64,000 nt of DNA from an uncultured Desulfarculaceae bacterium (GCA_964514105.1 CAZEPJ010000010.1:12242-76241), one strand, 5' to 3'. Positions 50,024 through 58,939 are shown, counted from the stretch's first letter. Notes: generated by a model not told the origin, from the sequence alone. Program-made: numbers and translations.

Positions 50024-51098
50024 GGCCGCCGCATCCCCGGGCACGCCTTCCCACCCTCTCCTCCAGGTGACCAACCTGGTGAAGTATTTCCCCTTGACCC
50101 GGGGGGTGTTGTGGAAGAGGCTCACGGGTGTGGTCCGGGCCGTGGACGACATCAGTCTGGAGGTCTCGGCCGGAGAGACCCTGGCCCTGGTGGGGGAAAG
50201 CGGCTGCGGCAAGTCCACCACCGGTCGACTGGTGCTGAACCTCATGCGGCCCACGTCCGGCCGGGTCCGGTTTGACGGCCAGGACCTGGCGGCCCTGGAT
50301 CGGGCGGGGATGCGCCGGCTTCGGGGGCAGATGCAGATCATCTTCCAGGACCCCTTCGCATCCCTGAACCCCCGGCTCACCGTGGGAGATCTGCTGGGCG
50401 AGCCCCTGGACGTACAGGGCACGTACACGGGCCAGGCGAGGATCGACCGCATCCGGGAGCTGCTGGACCTGGTGGGGCTGGCCCCGTACCATGCCGCGCG
50501 CTATCCCCACGAGTTCTCCGGGGGGCAGAGACAGCGTATCGGAATCGCCCGGGCCTTGGCGCCCAACCCCAGGCTGGTGGTATGCGACGATCCGGTGTCG
50601 GCCCTGGATGTGTCCATCCAGGGCCAGGTCCTCAACCTGCTCCAGGACCTCAAGGCCCGCCTGAGCCTGAGCTATCTGTTCATTGCCCACGACCTGGCCG
50701 TGGTCAAGTACATCGCCGATCGGGTGGCGGTCATGTACCTGGGCAAGATCGTGGAGACCGCCCCCAAGAAGGACCTGTACGACGATCCGAGGCACCCCTA
50801 CACCCAGGCCCTGCTCTCGGCCATCCCCATCCCGGACCCGGGCGCCAAGCGCGGGCGCATCATCCTTCCGGGGGATGTGCCCAGCCCCCTGAGGCCCCCC
50901 GCCGGCTGCCGCTTCCACACCCGATGCCTCTATGCCCGGGAGCGATGCCGGGCCCAAGAGCCCGTCCTGCGGCCCCACAGGGCGGGGCACCAAACGGCCT
51001 GCCACTTCTTCGAGGAGATCGAGCCGCCCTGCCTTGTCGGCTTGGCCGGCCGGCGGAATGCCCGCTTTGAGCGCCTCGTGGCCGCGTTTGGGAGATAG
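50013..51098 (+). CDS. ABC ATP-binding protein (DppF/OppF-like), Walker B Glu replaced by Asp
   Basis: [41 protein letters not shown]. Confidence 0.9.
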   Translation: MNGEAAASPGTPSHPLLQVTNLVKYFPLTRGVLWKRLTGVVRAVDDISLEVSAGETLALVGESGCGKSTTGRLVLNLMRPTSGRVRFDGQDLAALDRAGMRRLRGQMQIIFQDPFASLNPRLTVGDLLGEPLDVQGTYTGQARIDRIRELLDLVGLAPYHAARYPHEFSGGQRQRIGIARALAPNPRLVVCDDPVSALDVSIQGQVLNLLQDLKARLSLSYLFIAHDLAVVKYIADRVAVMYLGKIVETAPKKDLYDDPRHPYTQALLSAIPIPDPGAKRGRIILPGDVPSPLRPPAGCRFHTRCLYARERCRAQEPVLRPHRAGHQTACHFFEEIEPPCLVGLAGRRNARFERLVAAFGR

Positions 51099-51155
51099 GA
51101 ACGTCGCAAGGGGGGGCGTCTTGCTCCTGTCCGAGGTCGCGGCTAGTATGGAGGC

Positions 51156-51578
51156 ATGATTTGCATTACACGACAGATCGCCATCCCGGAAGATGCGCTG
51201 CACGAATCGTTCATCCGCGCCTCGGGTCCGGGGGGGCAGAACGTCAACAAGGTGGCCACGGCCGTGGAGCTTCGCCTTCGGGTGGAGGGCTCCCCTTTCC
51301 TGCCCGAGGAGGTCCAGGATCGCCTCAAGGCGCTGGCCGGCCGGCGCATGACCGCGGGCGGCGTGCTCGTCATTGAGGCCAGGCGGTTTCGCACCCAGGA
51401 GAGAAACCGCCAGGACGCCAGGGAGCGCCTGGCGGCCCTCATCCGCAAGGCCGCCCAGAGACCCAAGGTGCGCAGGGAGACAAGGCCCACCCACGCCGCC
51501 AGGAGAATGCGCCTCGAAGAGAAGCGCCGCACGGCAGACCTCAAGAGGATGCGACGGCCGGTGGGGGCGGAGGAATGA
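51156..51578 (+). CDS. arfB: Alternative ribosome-rescue peptidyl-tRNA hydrolase ArfB
   Basis: FIRASGPGGQNVNKVATAV, RTQERNR..A..RL, basic C-terminal tail. Confidence 0.92.
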   Translation: MICITRQIAIPEDALHESFIRASGPGGQNVNKVATAVELRLRVEGSPFLPEEVQDRLKALAGRRMTAGGVLVIEARRFRTQERNRQDARERLAALIRKAAQRPKVRRETRPTHAARRMRLEEKRRTADLKRMRRPVGAEE

Positions 51579-51581
51579 GAC

Positions 51582-53294
51582 CTAGGGTGCGGCCCCCGCC
51601 TGGACCGACTGGATTAGGAATTGGCCCATGAACTGAGCGAAAACGGCCTTGGCTTGTTCGGACATCCCTGACGAGGTGTCCTCCATGGCCACGGCCCCTG
51701 CCAGTGGCTCCGCGGGGTCTGTGATGAGGGACACGTCCCGGGCGATGCCCGACTTCTCCTCGCCGCCGAAGGTCTGCCACTCGGCCGGGTCGGTGACCTC
51801 GGAGCCGGGCTTCTTGCCGCTGAATTTCCAGGCCGCCTCGGCCTTGGCCGCCCCGGCCGCGGCCAGCTCCCCGCGCCCGGCCGGGCCCGCCGCTCTTGCG
51901 CCCCGGATGGGCACGGGGTCCACGACGCCCGGGACCACGTCGGGCTTGCCCTGCTGCCGGTCCGCGGCCTGGGTCAGCTGCAGGAGGAGCTGGGGGTCGC
52001 GAAGGGGGGAGGAGTCGCCCTCGCTTCCATGGTCGGGTCGGGGCATGCTCCCGCTGTCTCCATTGAATTGGATACAGACACCCGTTTCTTCGTTATAGAG
52101 GAAGCTTTGGCCCAGGATTATGAAGGACTGCCAACCGCCTCCCAAGTCCTCTTGGTAAATCCCCGAATCCGCGTCTGGCCCCGCGAGAGCCCAGAGATCG
52201 CTGGCATACTGGAGAGATCGGTACAACTTGCTCTCCGTGCCAAAAGTCTGATCGGCCTTCTTCTTATACGACATCGCCATCCTCCCCACTATCTCCATAT
52301 GCTCCTTCCAGCGCCAACCGGCGGGTTTGCCGCCCTTTGCCGCCTGCCCGGGGAGCTTCCCGATGTGGATGCCGCCGTAAGACCCGCCGTCCGGGCCCAT
52401 GGTCTTGGGGCCCTTGAAATCGGGCTTGAGCCCGACGTCCACGTTGGGGACCCAGTGAAACCCGGGAGGACCCTTCTCCCCGTCGGACCATCCCATGATC
52501 CCGTCCCCCATGCCGCCCTTGCCCTTGCCCCACTTCTTGGGGTCCGTGACCGGCCCCATGTCTCCCATGGGGCTCCCGGAGCCCCATTGCCCGCCGAACC
52601 AGCCGCCCATACCGTCCCCTGAACCGCCTGCCCCTTGCCCTCCCCCCTTGGGCGGAGGCACGCCCTTCATGGCGTCGAAGGGCCGCTGAAAGATGGGATC
52701 GCCCTTTCCCCTGGGCTCCGCCCCTGATCCGTCCCCCTGGTTCATCCGGGCCAGCACGTACGCCAGGTCGTCCCAGTCTCCGTCGTCCAGCACCTTGGCC
52801 TCCCGGAAGATCCACACGGCCTGCCACAGGCGCTCCCGGGCATGGGGATCGCCGCTTCGGGCCGCCTCCCCCGCCCGGTCAGCCAGTCCCCAGAACTCCA
52901 CGGGGTATCGCTGCATCAGGTCCAGGATCCGGGCCACGCCCAAGGGGCTGGGGTTGGCGCCGAACCGACTGAGGGCCGCGAACAGGGGCCCGTTTTCGTC
53001 CAGATCCCGGCGGGCCCGCCCCAGGCTCCCTGCTGGGGATCTGCTTCCCGCGCCCGCGGGCGGAGGGGCCTGGTCCACGGGCCAATTCCCCTTGCGTTCA
53101 CCGAAGGACTCCCCGCCGAAGCCCCGCATCGACCGGTCGAAGAGCCGCTCGTCCGGGATGGGGCCCATCTGCTGCCGTCCCGTCTCCCCCGGGATGCGGT
53201 CCACGGGAAACGGGCTGTCGCTCGACCGCCAAGCGGCCGCAGGGGCCGCAAACCACAGGCACAGGGCAGTCAAGAGAAGGGCGGCGAGCTTCAT
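51582..53294 (-). CDS. Hypothetical secreted protein, 570 aa, Gly/Pro/Met-rich
   Basis: Signal peptide MKLAALLLTALCLWFAAPAAA; GGAGG RBS; fills the arfB-ubiD gap; no family recognised. Confidence 0.7.
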   Translation of the reverse strand: MKLAALLLTALCLWFAAPAAAWRSSDSPFPVDRIPGETGRQQMGPIPDERLFDRSMRGFGGESFGERKGNWPVDQAPPPAGAGSRSPAGSLGRARRDLDENGPLFAALSRFGANPSPLGVARILDLMQRYPVEFWGLADRAGEAARSGDPHARERLWQAVWIFREAKVLDDGDWDDLAYVLARMNQGDGSGAEPRGKGDPIFQRPFDAMKGVPPPKGGGQGAGGSGDGMGGWFGGQWGSGSPMGDMGPVTDPKKWGKGKGGMGDGIMGWSDGEKGPPGFHWVPNVDVGLKPDFKGPKTMGPDGGSYGGIHIGKLPGQAAKGGKPAGWRWKEHMEIVGRMAMSYKKKADQTFGTESKLYRSLQYASDLWALAGPDADSGIYQEDLGGGWQSFIILGQSFLYNEETGVCIQFNGDSGSMPRPDHGSEGDSSPLRDPQLLLQLTQAADRQQGKPDVVPGVVDPVPIRGARAAGPAGRGELAAAGAAKAEAAWKFSGKKPGSEVTDPAEWQTFGGEEKSGIARDVSLITDPAEPLAGAVAMEDTSSGMSEQAKAVFAQFMGQFLIQSVQAGAAP

Positions 53295-53378
53295 GGGTCC
53301 ACCTCCCTGATTCCAACGGCAATCAATGCATTCTCGAATCCAATTCTTTGAAATGTCAAGTGAATTCTTGCATCGCTC

Positions 53379-53407
53379 TTGAAGATCAGGGGCGGTTCCG
53401 CTATCAT
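53379..53407 (+). promoter_or_regulatory. Putative sigma70 promoter for the ubiD operon
   Basis: TTGAAG-N17-TATCAT in an AT-rich divergent intergenic region. Confidence 0.5.
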
Positions 53408-53434
53408 CCCACCATGCCGACCGAGGATGGCTCC

Positions 53435-54892
53435 ATGTCCTTTACCAACCTTCGCCAGTTCGTACAGGCCCTGGAATCCCGCGGGGAACTGCGGCGCATC
53501 GCGCTGGAGGTGGACCCGCGGCTCCAGATCACGGAGATCGCCGATCGGGTCATGCGCCGGGAGGGGCCCGCCCTCCTGTTCGAACGGGTCAGGGGCTCCA
53601 CAATCCCGCTGGCCATCAACCTGTTCGGATCTTCCCGGCGCATGGCCCTGGCCCTTGGTTGCCAGGACTTGGAGGAGATCGGCAACCGCATCCGAGCCCT
53701 CGTGGACCTGAGGCTCCCCCAGGGGCTCCTGAGCAAGGTCATGGCCCTCCTGCCCAGGCTCAAGGAGCTTTCCTCGTTCCCGCCGCGGACCGTGGGGGCA
53801 GCCCCGTGCCAGGAACAGATCCTGGAGGGGCCGGAAGCGGATCTGGGCCGGCTGCCCGTCCTTACCTGCTGGCCCCAGGACGGGGGGCCCTTCATCACCC
53901 TCCCCCTGGTCATCACCCGGGACCCGGAAACGGGCATCCGCAACGTGGGCATGTACAGGATGCAGGTCTATGATGGACAGAGCGCCGGGATGCACTGGCA
54001 CCGCCACAAGGTGGGGGCCATGCATTTCAGGAAAGGGGCGACGCGGGGGGGGCGCGTCCCCGTGGCCGTGGCCCTGGGCGGGAGCCCGGCCCTCATGTAC
54101 TCGGCCACAGCCCCCCTTCCCGAGACCATCGAGGAGTTCGCCTTCGCCGGCTTCCTCCAACGAAAGCCTGTGGAACTGGTCCGGGCCAGGAGCATCGACC
54201 TGGAGGTCCCGGCCGAGGCCGAGATCGTGCTGGAGGGGTACGTGGACCCGGCCGAGCCGCTCCGCCGGGAAGGGCCTTTCGGTGACCACACGGGCTTCTA
54301 CTCCCTGGCCGACGACTACCCGGTCTTCCACCTGACGGCCATGACCATGCGCAACAACCCCATCTATCCCGCCACCATCGTGGGGGTTCCGCCCAAGGAG
54401 GACTACTGGCTGGGCCACGCCACGGAGCGGATCTTCCTGCCCCTCCTTCAGATGGTCTTCCCCGAGATCGCGGACATGCACATGCCCGCCGAGGGCGTTT
54501 TTCACAACCTGGTCTTTGTGGCCATCAGGAAACAGTACCCCGGCCACGCCTTCAAGATCATGAACGGCCTGTGGGGCCAGGGGCAGATGATGTTCGCCAA
54601 GGTCATCGTCGTTCTGGACCAGGACGTCAACGTCCGGGACGCCAAGGAGGCCTGGTGGGCGACCCTCAACCACATGGATCCCCAGCGGGACGTGCTCTTT
54701 TCCAGGGGCCCGGTGGATGTGCTGGACCACGCCAGTCCCATGCCCACCTTTGGCTCCAAGATGGGGATCGACGCCACCCGCAAGTGGCCCGAGGAGGGGT
54801 TCGAGCGGGCGTGGCCCGCGCGCATCGCCATGGCCCCGGACGTCCGAGAGGAAGTGGACCGCCTTTGGCCGCAGCTGGGTCTGGGTTCGTGA
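53435..54892 (+). CDS. ubiD: UbiD-family decarboxylase (menaquinone-pathway MqnL-like)
   Basis: GPALLF, WP.DGGPFITLP, RNVGMYRMQ, EGPFGDHTG, GSKMGIDATRK. Confidence 0.88.
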   Translation: MSFTNLRQFVQALESRGELRRIALEVDPRLQITEIADRVMRREGPALLFERVRGSTIPLAINLFGSSRRMALALGCQDLEEIGNRIRALVDLRLPQGLLSKVMALLPRLKELSSFPPRTVGAAPCQEQILEGPEADLGRLPVLTCWPQDGGPFITLPLVITRDPETGIRNVGMYRMQVYDGQSAGMHWHRHKVGAMHFRKGATRGGRVPVAVALGGSPALMYSATAPLPETIEEFAFAGFLQRKPVELVRARSIDLEVPAEAEIVLEGYVDPAEPLRREGPFGDHTGFYSLADDYPVFHLTAMTMRNNPIYPATIVGVPPKEDYWLGHATERIFLPLLQMVFPEIADMHMPAEGVFHNLVFVAIRKQYPGHAFKIMNGLWGQGQMMFAKVIVVLDQDVNVRDAKEAWWATLNHMDPQRDVLFSRGPVDVLDHASPMPTFGSKMGIDATRKWPEEGFERAWPARIAMAPDVREEVDRLWPQLGLGS

Positions 54893-54905
54893 CGGAGCGG
54901 TGGGC

Positions 54906-55769
54906 ATGTGGCTCTGGATGACGCGGTTTCGGGAATACGGCAGGATGATCAAGTTCTCCCACTCCGTCTTCCTCCTCCCCTTTGCCTTCTCCGCCCTGCT
55001 CTTGGCCCCCTCCCATGTGCTCACGGTCCCCAGGTTCCTCTGGATCCTCCTGGCCCTGGTCTCGGCCCGAAGCGCCGCCATGGGTTTCAACCGCATCGCG
55101 GACCGGGATCTGGATGCGGCCAACCCCAGGACAGCGGCCCGAGCCCTCCCCCAGGGTCGCATCGGCCTCAAGGCGGCGTGGGTCTTCGTGGCCGCCTCGT
55201 GCGTCGTTTTCCTGCTGTGCGCCTGGGCCCTCTCGCCCCTGGCCCTGGCCCTCTCGCCCCTGGCCCTGGCGTTCGTCCTGGCCTACTCGTTCTCCAAGCG
55301 CTTCACGTGGGCCTCCCACCTGTGGCTGGGACTGGGCGCGGCCATGGCGCCGGCCGGAGCCTGGATCGCGGTGACCGGGGCGATGGACGGCCGTGCAGGG
55401 GTGCTCGTGGCGGCCGTGGCCTTGTGGGTGGCCGGGTTCGACATCCTGTACGCCTGCCAGGACGCGGCGTTCGATCGGGAAAGGGGCCTCCTGTCCATCC
55501 CGGCCCGGCTGGGCGTGGGTCCCGCGCTGTGGGCCGCCCGAGGCCTCCACCTCCTCTCGGTCCTGGGGCTTCTGTGGGTGGGGCGGCTGTTCGGCATGGG
55601 ACTTCCGTATTGGGCGGGGGTGGGCGTTGTGGGGCTCCTCCTGTCGGTGGAGCACGCCCTGGTGTCGGAGAAGGACCTCTCGCGAATCAACGAGGCGTTC
55701 TTCACGGTGAACGGCCTGGTGAGCGTGCTATATCTCGCGGCGGTCTTCCTGGACCGGCGAGTCCTGTGA
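54906..55769 (+). CDS. ubiA: UbiA-family polyprenyltransferase (MqnP-like)
   Basis: MIKFSHSVF.LPFA, ARSAAMGFNRIADRDLDAANPRT, YS.SKRFT, FDILYACQD..FD. Confidence 0.88.
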   Translation: MWLWMTRFREYGRMIKFSHSVFLLPFAFSALLLAPSHVLTVPRFLWILLALVSARSAAMGFNRIADRDLDAANPRTAARALPQGRIGLKAAWVFVAASCVVFLLCAWALSPLALALSPLALAFVLAYSFSKRFTWASHLWLGLGAAMAPAGAWIAVTGAMDGRAGVLVAAVALWVAGFDILYACQDAAFDRERGLLSIPARLGVGPALWAARGLHLLSVLGLLWVGRLFGMGLPYWAGVGVVGLLLSVEHALVSEKDLSRINEAFFTVNGLVSVLYLAAVFLDRRVL

Positions 55770-55809
55770 GGCGGGAAATGGCTGGGATGGGTGAAGGCCC
55801 CGGTCGCCC

Positions 55810-56559
55810 ATGAGGCCGGGGCCGGTCATGCGCTTCTCGCCCTGGCTGACCGACGGGGAGCGTGCGGAGATCCGAGAAGCCCTGCGGCTCGGCCTCCAAG
55901 GGGCGCGGCCCATCCTCGGCGGACAGTCCCGGATCAAGGCGTTCTACCGGGTGGAGACGCCGTCTCGACCCCTGTTCATCAAGGCCCGGCGGTTTCCCTC
56001 ATGGACCCGGCGGCTGGGGCGAACCATCCGGGAAACCAAGGAGGAAATAGAGTTCCGCAACTTCCTCCGGCTCCGGGAGCTGGGCGTCCCCTGTCCCGAG
56101 CCCCTGGCGGCCGCCAGGACGCGGCGCTTCGGCCTGACCGTGGAAAGCCTGCTGGTCATGGAGCATCTGGCCCGGGCCAAAACCCTGAGGGTGTGGCTGG
56201 CCCAACCGTGCGGCCCCGAGCGAGACGCCCTCCTGGACGCCCTGACGGGTTTCCTCGGGACGCTGGCGGGCAAAGGGGTCGTTCACGATGACCTCCAGTG
56301 GAACAACGTGATGGCCTCTTGCGCGGGGTCCGGGGGGTGGAGCCTGTATCTGGTGGACGCCCTGCACGTGCGATTGAGCCCGCCCCGGGTCCCCCAGGCC
56401 TTCTCCCGGAGCCTTTCCTGGTTCCTCGGCTTCATGAGGGGCGAGGGCGCGGGGGAGGACCTCATCCAGGGCCTGTGGGGGCGCCTGGCGGAGGCCGGAC
56501 TGACGGGCCCGCCGGGCCCTGGGAGGGCCCCGGACCGGTCCGCGGGCGCAGGGGCATGA
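55810..56559 (+). CDS. Lipopolysaccharide kinase family (Kdo/WaaP/InaA-like)
   Basis: LFIK, E.RN..RL..LGVPCPEPLA, LLVME, catalytic loop HDDLQWNNV, LVD; start 55810 or 55828. Confidence 0.72.
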   Translation: MRPGPVMRFSPWLTDGERAEIREALRLGLQGARPILGGQSRIKAFYRVETPSRPLFIKARRFPSWTRRLGRTIRETKEEIEFRNFLRLRELGVPCPEPLAAARTRRFGLTVESLLVMEHLARAKTLRVWLAQPCGPERDALLDALTGFLGTLAGKGVVHDDLQWNNVMASCAGSGGWSLYLVDALHVRLSPPRVPQAFSRSLSWFLGFMRGEGAGEDLIQGLWGRLAEAGLTGPPGPGRAPDRSAGAGA

Positions 56560-57260
56560 GCGAGGAGAGCTACCGGCGGTTCAAGGGCGTTTGGGCCGAG
56601 CCCGAGGTGGCCGCGGCCTACCGGGACGATCGGTTCTCCCGGTCGCGCCGCTGGCGCTGGACCGACAGGCGGGAGCAGTCCATCCTGGGAGGGTTCCTGG
56701 CCGGGTTCGAAGCCGGCTCCAGGGGGCTGGACGTGCCATGCGGGACGGGCCGCCTGGCCCCCCTGTTTCGTCGCGCGGGCCTGCTGTACGCGGGGGGCGA
56801 CGTCTCTATGTCCATGCTTCAGCTGGCCCGGCAGCGAGAGGGCCACGGGATTGTCCTGGGGGCCGACGCCCTGGAGCTCCCGTTTCGGCCGGACGCCTTC
56901 GACTTCCTCACCGCCGTGAGGCTCCTCCATCGCATCCGTGCGCACGGCATCCGGGTGGCCATGCTCCGGGAGATGGCCCGGGTGACCCGAGGGCCCCTCA
57001 TCGTGACCTACTATGCCCGGTGGAACCTTCGGGGCGTCCAGCGCTGGCTCAAGGGGAAGGACCCCGGCCTGAGCCTCGGAAGGATCATGGCGGATTTTCG
57101 AGGGGCCGACCTTCGGCTCCGCTGCAGGATCCCCCTGCGGCGTTGGACCCAACAGCAGTGGTTCTTCGTGCTGGAGAAGACGCCCGGCGATGTCTCGGTC
57201 GTGACACGGGGCGGCAGCGGGGGGGCCGGGTCGGATCAAGGCGTCGGCGAGGCGGTGTGA
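56556..57260 (+). CDS. Class I SAM-dependent methyltransferase
   Basis: LDVPCGTGR motif I, DVS..ML, ADALELPF..DAFD, RLLH, LREMARV; ATGA coupling with the kinase. Confidence 0.88.
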   Translation: MSEESYRRFKGVWAEPEVAAAYRDDRFSRSRRWRWTDRREQSILGGFLAGFEAGSRGLDVPCGTGRLAPLFRRAGLLYAGGDVSMSMLQLARQREGHGIVLGADALELPFRPDAFDFLTAVRLLHRIRAHGIRVAMLREMARVTRGPLIVTYYARWNLRGVQRWLKGKDPGLSLGRIMADFRGADLRLRCRIPLRRWTQQQWFFVLEKTPGDVSVVTRGGSGGAGSDQGVGEAV

Positions 57261-58495
57261 AGCTTCTGACCGTACATAAGCCTGTCCGCCCGGTCGAGCA
57301 GGGACTCGATGGAGTCTGTTCCCTCGGGCTCCAATCGGGCCAGTCCCATGCTCATGGTCAGTTGATACGGGCGATCCGGACCGGCCTCGCAGGAGGCCAG
57401 GTTGGCCTTCAACCGACTCGTGAGGAGCTCGACCTCGACTCCTTTGGTCTCGATGCCGAATACCACGAATTCGTCCCCTCCCAGCCGGGCGATGATGTCG
57501 GAGCGGCGGAACGTGTCTCGCAGGGTCTTCGCTGTCTCCTGCAGGGCCCTGTCCCCCACGGCATGCCCGAAGCGATCGTTGATGCCTTTGAGGTCGTCCA
57601 GATCCAGGAAGAGGAGGAACAGCCCGTCCCGCATCCGATCGGCCACCTTGAGATGCTGCGCTGCCAACGCGATGAATCCCCTGCGGTTGTACAGGCCGGT
57701 GAGTTCGTCCGTCCAAGACTGAGCCCGCAGCTCTTCCTCCAGCCGCCTTCTCTCCAGTTCGCTCCTTCCCAGTCGCCTGGCCCCGAAGCCGACCCCGGCC
57801 AGACCCAGAATCCACAGGGCCGCATGGGCGGCGCCGATCTCCATGATGTGCTTCCTTTCCAGGGCCCTGAGGGGCATCATGGGGACGGAGACGCTGATCC
57901 CCCCTCGGATGTCCCCCTGCTGGTAGCCCTGCTCGGCATGGCAGGCCAGGCACGCCGCCTCGGTGGCCAGGGGGCGCATGAGGCGGAAGTATTCGCGGCC
58001 CCGGACGTATGTCCGGGTGGTGGCCTCTGAAGCGCCAGCCTGGAAGGCCTCGAGGGCTTCCGCCTCCCAGGGGTCCGGGGCGTTCTCCGGGCGGATCGGC
58101 TTGAGGCTCGTGATGTGGCCCCGCACACTGGAGACGGTCTCCTCCAATTCGTGGACCTGACGGGTCATGTACGCGGGGTTGAGCAGGGTGAGCTGCCGGC
58201 CGGAGGGGGTGGTGATGTCGCGCTCGGGGACGTCCTGCAGGTAGGGGTTGGGCTGGGTTTGACCGGTGACGGGGGCGTACACCCCCCCGTGGAGGGATCC
58301 CCACAGGCGGTAGAGCACGTCCTTGTCGAATCCGATGGAGGCCTGAATGCGAGCCAGGGCCAGGGTCTCCTGGCGCTTCTCCAGGACGTTCCAAATCCCG
58401 GATGCCGCGACCACCACGGTCCAGACCGCGGCGACGGCCCAGGCATAGCGCCGAAAGGCGGGATCGGCGCCACGGATGGAGGCTGCCGGGTCCAT
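57236..58495 (-). CDS. Membrane diguanylate cyclase with periplasmic DUF3365-like heme-c sensor
   Basis: Two transmembrane helices flanking TLLNPAYMTR..HITSLKP...N.PD.WE..AL and CLACH; DELTGLYNRR, RRSD I-site, RLGGDEF. Confidence 0.88.
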   Translation of the reverse strand: MDPAASIRGADPAFRRYAWAVAAVWTVVVAASGIWNVLEKRQETLALARIQASIGFDKDVLYRLWGSLHGGVYAPVTGQTQPNPYLQDVPERDITTPSGRQLTLLNPAYMTRQVHELEETVSSVRGHITSLKPIRPENAPDPWEAEALEAFQAGASEATTRTYVRGREYFRLMRPLATEAACLACHAEQGYQQGDIRGGISVSVPMMPLRALERKHIMEIGAAHAALWILGLAGVGFGARRLGRSELERRRLEEELRAQSWTDELTGLYNRRGFIALAAQHLKVADRMRDGLFLLFLDLDDLKGINDRFGHAVGDRALQETAKTLRDTFRRSDIIARLGGDEFVVFGIETKGVEVELLTSRLKANLASCEAGPDRPYQLTMSMGLARLEPEGTDSIESLLDRADRLMYGQKLHTASPTP

Positions 58496-58707
58496 GACCT
58501 CACTCGGGCTCGATGTCCGAAACACGCTGGACTCTCGCGCCTTGGGGGCCCTCTCGGGCGGGCCTTGATCCGGCCCCGGGAAAGGCCGCTTCCGTCCCCT
58601 CTTTGGGATACTCCATCTATTCATACCGGATTCGGGGTGCGCTCGTCAAAGGGAAACCGCCAGCAACGATTCCCTCCCCGGCCTCCCCTGCCCCCAATCG
58701 ATTCCTT

Positions 58708-58735
58708 TTGACAGGGGCCGACCTTCTGCTAGAAT
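58708..58735 (+). promoter_or_regulatory. Putative sigma70 promoter upstream of fabF
   Basis: TTGACA-N16-TAGAAT with TG extended -10. Confidence 0.6.
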
Positions 58736-58756
58736 ACTACCCCGACAGGTCTCAAC

Positions 58757-58914
58757 GATCCCCTCCCGCAACCCGTGAGTCGTCCTCGTGGTTCGCGGCC
58801 GTGCGCAATGGCCTGCACGGACCCCCCCCAGTGCGGGAGCGCAAGGCCGGGGCGTCGGCCGCCGGAGTCGAGGGCGACTTCGGGGGGTTGCCGCGTGAGA
58901 TCGATGGGGAATCG
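58757..58914 (+). ncRNA. Candidate structured 5' leader/ncRNA of unknown family
   Basis: Nested pairings GCAACCC/GGGTTGC, GAGTCGTCCTCG/CGAGGGCGACTT, GCGGCCG/CGGCCGC, CCTGCAC/GTGCGGG around a C-rich loop. Confidence 0.4.
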
Positions 58915-58939
58915 GGCATTCAGTGACGGAGGTCTTCTC

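Noticed and set aside
58741-58939. Identification of the fabF leader as SRP RNA, 6S RNA or tRNA-Sec
   Set aside because: No SRP helix-8 CAGG..GGAA..AGCAG motif, no 6S conserved CUUGAACC-type segment, no cloverleaf; kept only as an unknown structure.
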